From positions 151,002 through 215,001 of the forward strand of contig NIVC01001995.1 in assembly GCA_002269645.1 (NCBI GenBank): a stretch of DNA of 64,000 nucleotides, read 5' to 3'. The notes beneath the pieces are model-generated. The model saw only the letters and a list, made by a program, of their open reading frames with translations, was not told the DNA's origin and made no database searches. Origin of the DNA: Macrostomum lignano (taxonomy: Eukaryota). The position numbers were made by a program, and so were the translations under genes. This document shows positions 47,157 to 58,716 of this stretch, piece after piece. The stretch's first letter is position 1; each line of letters starts with the position of its first letter.

Positions 47157-50100
47157 GATAGGGTTAAGATCCTGGGGATGCACCACAGAGTCGCCGCACT
47201 TTTGTGTGCGAGGGGATCCCACACGCGTTATTAAGCATCGCGATTCTAACTGCAATTTGCGTGAAAAATAAACTGTTATGATTTTGTGCGACTGACGTTT
47301 ACTATTGATTCAATCAAATTTGCCTTCCTCACGGCGGCTTAGTTGCGTAACTGGAGGGTTGAATTGTGGGTGAGAAGTTGCCGCAATAAGTGAGAAAACT
47401 TTCATTTTGCTTGGAGGGTGCGACTTTTGACTGTTGCTGAGTATAGTTGCTTGTAAACAGACTACAGATTCATTATGCAAGAAGATCCATGCAGATGTCA
47501 ATTAAGTTTAGACTTTGATTTCGATACCATCAATTATTTTATGGTTCCCGAATTGAGGACCAACAAATAAATAATGGTCCTCCGATATATCTAGATAGAA
47601 CCAGCAAATGTATCAATCAACAATGACAGTAAAAGAATCAATGGCGTAACGAAACAGTTGAGATTAACTGACAACACTGTTTCTGGTAGCTCTGTCACTC
47701 AGTCCGTCATCTAGCTATAGTGTACAATCGCTTGAACTGGATTTCCCTGTCAACTGTAATAGACTTCAGCGTGTTCCGAGGCGAGGATTTCTCAGCTGCC
47801 GAAGGTCCAGCACAGTCAGGAGTCACCTGATTCTCGCGAGTCTCCCCAGATGTATTCTGCAAGAGCGCCCGATGCCATCCCGCATGGTCACCGTCGCAGG
47901 TGGGCCTGTGAATCGTAGCATGTGTCCATTCGTTCTCCCGATCAGTCACGGTCCATTGTCAAAACTTCCTAGTCATGGAAAACTTGAGTAGTAGCATCTG
48001 CACAATTACATCCTAAATGTAGTTGTCCGTGATTTGATTGTAATTAATTTTGTTATCTATTAATTTTATACTGGGCGAACATCAGTGTGCTGGAGAAAAG
48101 TCCCAAAGCATTTGCTTTAACCAAGCAAACGCTCAGGACATCCCACTGTACTCCAGCCTCTCGTTAAGCTTTTTTGAGCAATCATAGTTGTCTGAGCAAG
48201 AGAGTAGAGCAATAAATGTCTATATAATCTGGTATTTGCCCGGCTTTAGTTTGTACGCAAAAAGATTTACGCCCCGCTCTCGCATCGATCAAGTCCGGCC
48301 GGAGTGACAGCACTGACGCTCCCGAACCCTGCCATAAAAACTATTGCTTGATATAGGTGGCCAGGGGGGTAAGAAAAACTACAGTTATGCACGCTCGTAG
48401 TTTTTTTTCGGTTTGGGGCGATCAAAGCGGATTTATAGTTCAGTAATCTAAGCAAACTCTTCGAGCAAACCTACTCGCCCCTCCCCTCATCTGGGCCCGT
48501 CTTCTCCGAGCGGAAACCCAAAACCCCTTGCCCTGTGTCCCTGAGCAGAAGACACATGTGTCGGCAGTACGACAGACAGCGGCAGTATTTCTCCTGCGCA
48601 GATTGCTGGCAGGCGGCAGTGGGGGAGCGAGGAGAGAGAGACAACCCGGGGGTGTTGTTGACATCGGAGGCGAGTCCCACAACGGCGCGGCTTCCACCAG
48701 CTGCAAAACTCTCCGATTACAGCATTAGCAAAATTGCCCATCTCTACTTGGACCTACCAAACCAGGCTACAAAACCAAATTCAACCAACCTGCCCGAAGC
48801 TCAGGGTTTTGAGAATGGAGGCTCCTCAGGAGAGCACGGGGCATCATTCAAGCTGAATGCATGCAATATCGAATATATGTAATTCTGCGAATGCTCCATG
48901 GGGAATAATGTGAGTTTTAGAGTGGCGAGCCAGAGCTCTTATTGTTGATCTAATCAACCCATCATAAGTATTGGACGTAACGACATGGACTGTTTTTAAT
49001 AAGAGGACGCACATTGAGCACTTCGAAACTACTGAAGCATTTAAAGGACCGAATTTCGCTCGCTTCCAAACGCATCAGTCATATTGGAATTTTGCCGTGC
49101 TAATTTTGATTTACCACCTTCAGATGCTGCTGGGCAGGATTGTCTTAGAAGATTTAAAGACTTCAAGATTTTCACAAGTCTTTGTAGAATGCATCGCATC
49201 AAAGAGTGTTTACCGCAGACAGTCTCGGGACAAAAATCCGTTTAAACAAATCACATCGGAGATCAGATCGGACTGGCTTGTCTGGCAGTCTCCGGTAGTT
49301 TCCCTGAGTTTTCCTGAAGAATCTTATTAATTATCTCTAACCAAACATTCCAGTTGCTTTGTACAGGTGAGCTCAAAGAGCGAGAAAAGTACCAACTAGC
49401 TAATGGATATTATCAGCGGTTGCAGCACGTGACAACGATTTGTCTATGGCTCGCGCCTACCGGCGCTCGCCAGAGAATTGTCACGCACTGGGACCGCTGA
49501 TTATTTATCCATTCCGTGCCCGCTAGTTTCGTCTATGCTTAATGCTTAGTGCAGGTGCCCTCGAAATGATGAGACAAACAACACAACTCTGCCTATGGAT
49601 TTGAGCGAAAGTCCATCGACAGAACCATTAATTGCGTCTCTGCGTTAAGATGGCCGTTAGTTGAGCTTGATAGAGTCAGATAGAGTCAGCGTTAATAGAG
49701 TCAGAAACTATTTTGTGACACAGACAAATAAACTAAAGCTGGGGCAACGACTGAGAATCAAAGTGCATTGGGTTCGGATCGGTATTCAATATGGTGTTTA
49801 AAAACCAAACAGTTCCTATCTCTCGAATTCGCCTTTATAAACCTGATTGCTTAAATTTATATCGATGATCTGACAGTCTCCGTACAGGATTAAGAGAATA
49901 AGTCTCAGCTAGTTCAACACTGAGCTATCAGATATTTTTGCCTAAACTGATAACAGCACAGAATTTCTAGCGCTTTAGCAAGCATTCATGAAAAATTGTA
50001 ATAGTAAGTTTTTTAGCTGACAAAGGTAGCAATAGGATTTGACATTTCACTCTAGTAAATATTTATTTTAACCCACGGGTCCACGAGTAAAAAACTGCCA

Positions 50101-50327
50101 GCGATTACTTCAATCGTTTTTTACTGCAGTGCAATAAGTGTTGAAAAAAATACAAAACTTTAAGTCCAAATCCAGGTTAGGAAAGGAGTTGCACTTTTGT
50201 AAGACGCGGCTATTTTTATGGATTATCCCATATTACTGTACATACACTTACACCCGCACTATAGAAACAATTTTTGGTCATTATTCCACAGTGGCAAGAC
50301 GCACGCGAAATCAGCATTCATAACAGT

Positions 50328-50647
50328 GTTGTCTATGGTCAAACTAGGAAACACATCACAGTTGTCTATGGTCAAACTATAGGACACACATCTAAGTTGT
50401 CTATGGTCAAACTATAGGACACACATCACAGTTGTCTATGGTCAAACTAGGAAACACATCACAGTTGTCTATGGTCAAACTATAGGACACACATCACAGT
50501 TGTCTATGGTCAAACTATAGGACACACATCACAGTCGTCTATGGTCAAACTAGGACACACATCACAGTTGTCTATGGTCAAACTATAGGACACATCACAG
50601 TTGTCTATGATCAAACTATGGGATACACATCACAACTTTGTCTATGG
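50328..50647. repeat. 33-36-bp minisatellite, ~9 copies
   Basis: GTTGTCTATGGTCAAACTATAGGACACACATCACA with indel variants. Confidence 0.92.
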
Positions 50648-50689
50648 AATACTAACTCTCAAAACAGCCAATCTAAAGCTTGACTGCGG

Positions 50690-50975
50690 GCCAGGGAGAG
50701 AAGAGGGAATCGAGGGAATAGAAGAGAAATAGGTAGGAAGAGGGGATAAGAGGGGATAAAAGGGGAGAAGAGGGGAGAAGAGAGAAGAGAGAGGAGAGAA
50801 GGGAGATAAGAGATAAGAGGGGAAAGATGGGAGAGAGGAAAGAGAAATCGAGAGGAGGGAGGAGGGGAGAGGAGAGATGGAAAGGGAGAGGGGAGAGGGG
50901 AAATGAGATAGAAAGAGGTGAGAGGAGACAGGAGAGAGTAGAGGAGATAAGAGTGAGAGAGAGCTGAGAAGAGAC
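50690..50975 (+). repeat. Polypurine (GA-rich) low-complexity tract
   Basis: About 285 bp of almost exclusively G and A. Confidence 0.9.
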
Positions 50976-52176
50976 ACAAGCATTGAGCAGGTCAAAGTGC
51001 CATTGTGAAGTCTCAAAGGACCCGAGGGCCGGATAGAGAGGCTTCGCGGGCCGCACGTGGATAACATCACGACCCCTGCTTTAGGGTCTCCGGGGTTTCC
51101 AGTCTCCCCCACCCCCTGAGACTTGAAGAGCTTTACCATCTCTGGGGGAGACCCCATAGCTGCAATGCGTTCTTGTGCTCGTTATTCGGCCAATATTCGC
51201 TAACTCAGTTACATACTCTAGGTAATCTACCATTGTAACACGTTTTAAATACATTAAACGTACTTAGCGGCTCGTGAGCTCGTTCTTTTTGTCGTTTTTC
51301 TTGTCTACCACAGCGCGCAATCCGACACTCAAGCAAGTACTCAAAACCAACGATTGAACACCTTTATTAAACTTGTTCAAGCAATGCAACGATAGAGTGT
51401 TTTTTAATCAACTTTATACGAGCGTATTAATAAAGTTATTTGCTATAGTTTCAATTGTCATCAAAGCTGGCGTATCTCGCCTTTAAATAAATTCACAACT
51501 AATTATGTTATTATACTCATTAAAACTCGAAGCGTATTATGATTTCTACAGCGGGCATAAATATATAACCAGTAGCAAACATGCCGTTACTAAGCACAAA
51601 AATATGTTGTCTGACTTGTATGATTGCTGTATGGCAATATCGAAATTGCATCAAACAGTTTAAAAATTGCTGCAACATGATGGGCAAGAGGTGGGACAAT
51701 GTATTAAAATCTCAATTCTCACAGTAGCAAGCAAAGGCAACTTGATTATTCTTTTGATGCTAAAATTATTTTTTTATAGTATGCTGCTTCAATGTTGGAG
51801 TTTTGTATCTGACTACAAAGCGATAAAGCAAAGTCCAGACTAGTTCTGTGACAAGAAGTGAAATTTTTGCATTTCGACATTCATTGATTTTATTATCTTT
51901 TTTGCTCACATGAGAATAAATTTCATGAAAACCAACTGCCTATCGTTATAAAGTGAAAGTATTTTGTTATTTTGCAGCTCAATAATATTGTTTTCACCTT
52001 TCTAAATTCGATATTCACCAAGATGACCATACTCTTGTTTGAGATGTAGATAAGCCTATCAAAATATTATGTTTAAAACAAATGAGACAACCTTAGGTTG
52101 AGTTTGATCCAACAATTTTAGCACCAAAAGTTAACTACTGCGCAGCATAAATTGATGCAGTTCGCTGACTCAAGCC

Positions 52177-55100
52177 TCAATCGTCCATAAATTCGGTCAA
52201 ACTGCCAAACTGGTTCATCGGGTGCATCTCCACGTCCAGCTCGCCTTCTGTCAGGTTGGCGAACATCTCGGCTGGCACAGGCGACGCCGATGCTGCTGCG
52301 CGCGCTGCCCCGGCATCCGGGTCGTCCAACAGTTCTTCGCCTCGACGATGCTGAATTTTACGATTGCCGCAGGCCGCGCGTCGACCGCCGTCAGGAGCTG
52401 CTGTCGAGGGCGAGACGCCGCCATTGTTAAACGCTGGCTCCGGTCGGAGCACCGGCTGCTGCTGCCGACCCCGACGGTCGCGACGAAGTCGGCGGCGCAT
52501 GCAGACGAAGCGGCACAGAGTAGCCACCATCGCCTGCGCGATCTCCACCACCTCGAACAGGCCGACGATGCTCACACCCAAGTAGAGTCCCAGCTGGCCG
52601 CCAATGTCCGACATCAACTGTGAGAAGGGAAACTCGATTGACTCCACCACCTGTTTGGTTGTGTTTTGGATGAATGATTCAAGTATGTCTATTGTTTTTC
52701 ATTGCTAGAAATCACATTGAAGTACTTTAATTGGAAAACTACAACAGGAACAGGTTCAATCGATAAAGTGGCGTATAAGGTCTCTTTTTCATTCGTGTGC
52801 AAAAAACTAATAAATTCAGAATAGATACGGGATGACTTCTCAACTCACCTTATCCGAGTACACGCTGCGAGCTTTAATGTGCGCATCGGAGCAGTCGGTG
52901 CGCAAAAGCTGGCTCAGCTCCTTAATGCTCATGTTGTTCTGTACAAATTCCAGCAGTTCGTCGAAAGTCCAGTCCGGGTACTTGCGGGACACGATATTTG
53001 TGGCCACCGTCTGCGGAGGCAGTATAAAGTTTAGATGAATTTTAGTTAACAGTTTAACAGTCATTGGACTCTGAAAACCACCGCAAATTGTCTGGGTATC
53101 CAGTTCTCTGATATGCAGTTTTGTTTTCACTGGGGTCGTGTAACTGAGCATAATTCAATTCACATTTATGGATTACAATACTTTTTTGAAGACACGAACA
53201 CTTGATAAATTGAATTAGGTATAGCTCAGACACGTCCATCATGACCAGTTTACTGAGGTGGAATTCGGAACGCTACGCATGAGGTGAACACAAAAAGGTT
53301 GAATTTCGTCAAAAATGTTCACAAGACTGGACTTTCTTTCAAATATGCGATATGGATGAAGCTTAGTTAGCTCACCAACTCTTTTCTGAGCTGTTTGTTA
53401 ACTGGCACAGAAGCTCTTGAAGACATTTTTGTTTGGCATTGAATGCTCTTCGTATTTATTTGATAACGACCTTGAAATAAATCCTACAGAAAACTTCAGT
53501 CGTAATTTTGATTTCGGCACACATTCTCTTTGGTCATTACAAAAAATCACAAAATCAATCACAAATTTTGCAAGCACTGGCTCTGACGGCTAGAAAAAAC
53601 GAAGATGAATGGAACATTAATTTCGGAATCAATTGGCGTATTTGTATCCGGGGAGTAAAGCAAAATTTGAAGTCACTCGAGTCCAATGAAGTCTGCCACT
53701 TGGCCAAAATCCATACATCTTTTGCTGTACCAGCACGCAATCTTCGCTTACCATTACGAGGCATTTGTCTTTCACTGCACGCTTGTCTCATGCATCTGCT
53801 ACGAGCGTATATAGAGATGGAAGAGAACAGCTACCCAGCTAATCAGCCAGAAAGCCTTAGAGCTTATGCGAGATGAAGGCAAGGGATAGGAAAAATTAAT
53901 GACTTGGATTTTGCTGCATCGGCCGCAATGCAAAAGCAATGCGTAGCAGATGGATGTTCCCCATTCACGCGGGAAAGCGTTGCCGCGGCGGCGTTAGTAT
54001 TTTCTTTTCTAAAAAAATTCCGCACACAAAAAACTGCCCCAAATCACACTGAAAACGCATTCAGTGAAGTATTTTCTTCTTCAGCTTAAGCTGAAATCAG
54101 CTTAAGGCACACGAATCGCCAGATAGTACCGCTGGCAGATAAAGCTGGCGGTCCTGAACCAACAGCACACAAATTTTGCGCTGATTCTGTGTAGACAGAA
54201 ACGATATCTTTCTGTTTGAATAATAAACTATCTGCATAGCTTAATCTATTCATACTACCTAATTATACTGCTTCGCTTAGACTTGCACAAAATATTTAGT
54301 GGATTTGCCACGGCCATAACAAAAGTGATGTCTTCTAGGTAAATAACTTCACCATACACTGCTACAACAAAAATATGCTGTCTGATAGATCTTATACTAG
54401 CAGCGCCTCGGGGCTAGAGTAGAGCGTGAAAATAGGCGACAAAACGCTGGCATGAGTGGCGTTCCGATGCTTGAAAGTGTCAGTGCCTGCAGCATCGCAC
54501 TGCAAGTACTAAATCTCTCAATCCAATAATACGAGCTATCTAAAATATCAATAATTTAACCGCGAACATTGGTGCAGTACATTTTTAGTAGCTATCGCTA
54601 CATTCACCGGCAGATACCTATACTACGATCCGTATATTGCCAACTATGATAGCAATATTGGTATAGGTGCTATACGGTAGCATAAATGTCGTGAAGAATC
54701 GGTCACAGATTTAATTTGAGTTGGTGGGAGCCTAACAGGTGTCTGAGTGGCTTGTTGGCCAATAGATTGCACTCTTAAGTGTCGGCTTTATGACCAGGAA
54801 ATATAGATTGAGTTGGACTAAAATTTTAATGAAGACTTCTTAGCATATCGTATTAAATTAAAGGGGGACACTAAATTCGGTCAAAGTCTCTGTCTACTCG
54901 GTTCGAAAGCATTAATGATTTGCTGAGGATAAAATAGTAAAAAGGTACTTCTAATTTCGACATTAAACTATCTAATCAAAAGGAGGTGGGAATTAGCCTT
55001 TAAATTAGCCAGTCTGCACTTTAGTAGCTAGGTAGAGCGCCAATCTCTAGGTCATCATCGACAAGCCAAGGGCGCTGAAGCTTAGGCCGCAGCGCTCTCG

Positions 55101-58100
55101 AGCGTGGTGAACGAGGTTCCGCCTTCGTTGCCTGCCTGAGCGAACTATAGGAGCACGACACGAATGCAGTTAAGCCTTTGGATGGTTGAACGGATGTATC
55201 GCTATGAGTAACAAGGCTGCTGGCCAGATTTCAATAGAGAAGCGCCAGAAGCTGGTTTGGCTAACTTTTGACGGGGATGCAGACTTTTTACGACATGATT
55301 TAAGACTGGCGAGGCCTGGAGAGCCACACTAATGCTGGCCAGCAGCATTTATTTGTTTTGTCCTAACAGCAGACAATCAAACGGGATGAGTGGTGAAGCC
55401 ATTCGCTCAACCAACATTACCAGTACTAGTCAGATAGGAGTCACTTGGCAGAGGCTGATCAATAAGATGATGTGGCAGCTAACGGCATCTAGGTTGTACA
55501 CTACACCAGGTTGAGCCTTGGTCAAGGAACCCAGATTGAATCTGCTTCTGAAAGCGAATGTCTGCAACTATCTGACAAAAGTGTCGGCGATTTTACAGTT
55601 CACCCCCATCTACTACACTGGCAGAGCCAATGCGATAAGTATCACGAGGTACAACTTGCTACAGTCTGACTAGGATTGACAGCATAAATGCGCTGTTTCG
55701 TGTACCGCAGCTATCAGTCTGGTCCAAATTCCGGACACTACCCGCTCCGCTAGCATAATAGTCAATACTTGGAATCATCTGCCCTAGCCAGAAGCCAGAG
55801 ACTGCTGATGAAATCAGGCGCGAAACTTCGATGCAGTCTGCAGCAAGGTGTGATTAAATTATGGGAGCTGCATTCGCCTGTCAAATTAGTTACTGAGAGC
55901 CGTGCAGTGAGAGGCCCAGGAGGACTAGGGGCTATCACCGATAGAAGGGATCTCTAGTCCACGAGCTCCTAGCGCCCCTTGCATTAGCCTTGTTATTGAT
56001 TCTGGATTGGCACGGGGTCACATTCTTACCAATCTGCACTATATAGTCAGCTTCAATTTATATTCGGCTTGGCTATTCAACATTTGAACTATTTAGTGTC
56101 CGAATACACGTGCAATCAGGAAAACTGCTTTGCGACTTTCAAGTCTGCAGTTACAAGCCGTATAAGGCACTCAAAGAATGAATGGAATCCCGCAGCAGCC
56201 CTCCATAACCTGACATTTTTTCCGCAGTCCCCGCAGCCTCATGAAAAGTTTTCGTGCCTTACGCCTGCCTGTCGTACACGGAACTGAGCTGAGGGAGGCG
56301 GTCGATTTTAAAATGGCTGCGAATAACAGGCACGTTTGCAGCATGGAGACCAACAAGGATCGACTATTCGAATAAATACATTCGAACTCCTCGTAACTGG
56401 CTTGCGGAGACTGCCCATCTTTCGCATAGGAAAAATAAACAATGAGCATCAAATTTATTGCACCGATTGGGGGCATAAAATAACTTTGCTTAGCCTATCC
56501 GAATCTGCAATTGTTGAGGCATTCCGGGACAGAACACGCGGCATTCTAGGTGTCTTTATAGCAACCGAAGCCCGATTCGATCGGCCTTTCGGTTTTACGA
56601 GCATTTTGCCTGAAAGCTCTGGTTCGTGGCTCTGCTGGAAAACACTTATCGTAACCTGATGCGATGGATTATGCATCGGGTTTAGACTTCACTATCCGCT
56701 CACTCGCAATAGCTTGTGGATGAAATAATAACCATGCGCATCAAAATCGAATCTGGTAGCCCTTTATATTGGATGGGATCATGCCATGCTAACTGGGTGT
56801 CTTTTATCCGTTGTGAACTTTATCCAGGTATTGAAAATCTGAAAATCTAACTTTTGTTGTATTTTGCTCGCCTTTAGTTTCAAATCTACCCCGTGTCACG
56901 TCTTTAGCATTCGAGTGTCATCGAACTTCTTGCCGCTTCTTAGCTAAAGCATTCCCATTTCGCTTACTTTTTCTTTTCCAAGCGTAAAGTCTGAGTGAGT
57001 AATCTCCACTGCTATGGTAACATTTCACTGGGAGCGGTGAATACTCAGAAGCTCAACAAATTAGCTTAATATTCTGAACTCTCGGCATGCGTGATATGCA
57101 GATAAATGTGGGACTGAAACGAGGCAAAGTAATTAGACATTGGGGAGAAAGTTAGCTTAATTTCCGCTTCGTCATAAAAAAGAAAGCGCAACGAAGTAAG
57201 GTAATGCATAGCACAGTTAAAACTGCTTGGACTTCTATAAGCTTCTATAAAACTCCATTGGGTTCATTACGTTATGCCAGACTCCAATTAAAGGCTGAAT
57301 AAGGTACAGAAAAATTCTGTACTCAGCTGTTCCTGTCTACTTTCGCGTATGACTTGCTGAAAACCCCACACCTCCTTGGTAATTTAATGAAAAATTCTTC
57401 TAGTCCTCAGTAACGAATGTCTGGAAAGAAACTCACCTGCATTAGTTGCTTTCGAGCTGAGTTCATTTTTTCGGACCACAGCTCGGGCCACATGTAGTCC
57501 GAGCTCTCAATATTGTACTCAGTCCTCACGCACAGCACTTCCTTCACGTGAGCACATTCCCGATCTATAGTTGCTTTAAACAGCTCCTCATTCGAGTATT
57601 CTTTATGCACCTCGGCCAGGCAGAGCGCATTTGTATTAGCTGGGAGCTGTTAAACACAGACATATTGAAGCAGAGCTGCGGCTTTGAGTCGTCGAACTTA
57701 AAAGCGGGCAGGAATGGAGTATAGCAGCGGCATCTGCTGTGGTATTTCCTTGCTGACACCAGCACTTTGCAGAGGCTATAATCGAGCTTGATTCGCCTTG
57801 TCTCCTGTAGCGAGGTGTCGTACATGTATTCGTAGAACTCTTGCTCGCGACAGTTGCGCTTCTGCTTAAGGAGATGCGTGACCACCGCTTTGAAGTTGAT
57901 TCGTTGAGAGTGGCCTGGCACAATGAGTATTCCGTCGTCTGTTGGCAGTGTGTCAGGATCATGCAAATACAGTCGGGTGCCCTGGTGAAAGTAGGCTGAA
58001 TTAAAGTGCATGTACGAGTCAAAATCGTTAAGAAGAAAGAAAAATAGGGCCTGGAGACTGCGATGTGCGTCTCTCTCGAAGATGCGGCTCGTACGGAGCG

Positions 58101-58716
58101 TCATGCAAGGTGTACGATAGCGCCCAAAGTAAGTGCTAGCTGTTAGCACTCCTGTCTGATTGCTGGAGTCAATCTGCAAGCTCTCTATGTTGGCGTCAAT
58201 CTGCATGTTGAGGGAGATCGCCCGCTGACCCGTGTTATATCCTATCTGAATAATATTTTTCTTCAGCTCCTCTACCGTGCCAAGATGCAGTGTAGACAAT
58301 GCAAGAGTCAAATTGACCAGAACCTGATCCTCGAGGCCGATTTCTGAATCATTGACATTCTTGTCCCGAAACAACTTAAAGAAGGTAAAAAGATCTTCCG
58401 ACGTCTCATACTGGGAAGCATTATCCAGTGCCTTCTGCCATTTGTCTAGCGTATCCTGCGATGAGAGCGTCACCGGCACCTGGTTGCATAGTGTCACGTC
58501 GGGCCATTCCATCAACTCCGAATTAGAGAAGTACGAAGTCAGGAGCGGAAGTGAATAGAAATGGTCCAGCGTGAAAGACACATTGTAGACGAAGGCTAGC
58601 AGGCCGCCAACGCACAGTGTCGCCCAGAACAGCTGGCCGAGACGGCTGTGTGAGTTGGCCGCGTGAGCCAGGCCATGCACAGTTGATCGCTGGAAGACTT
58701 CGTTCAGCTGTTGCAT
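52177..58716 (-). CDS. DEG/ENaC (amiloride-sensitive, ASIC/FaNaC-like) sodium channel subunit. Exons 58716-57437 (1-nt frameshift at ~57630), 53010-52849, 52650-52177 (~638 aa if repaired)
   Basis: Motifs: STVHGL (HG motif), TM1 LFWATLCVGGLLAFVYNV, WPDVTLCN, GTRLYLHDP, Cys-rich CRCY, TM2 LMSDIGGQLGLYLGVSIVGLFE. Phase-0 junctions CAG|gtgagt..ccgcag|ACG and AAG|gtgagt..aaacag|GTG fit only if one base is restored. Confidence 0.88.
55700..55790 (+). pseudogene. Possible CR1/L2-type LINE ORF2 C-terminal remnant
   Basis: SIIVNTWNHLP resembles the RVVN.WN.LP motif. No further RT motifs were found. Confidence 0.3.

Noticed and set aside
48400-48900. GC-rich island with several overlapping short ORFs
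   Set aside because: No motif, splice pattern or repeat partner was found, so I cannot support a gene or promoter call.
50642-51157. Leu/Ser/Pro-rich membrane-like ORFs
   Set aside because: They are translations of the polypyrimidine strand of the GA-rich tract.
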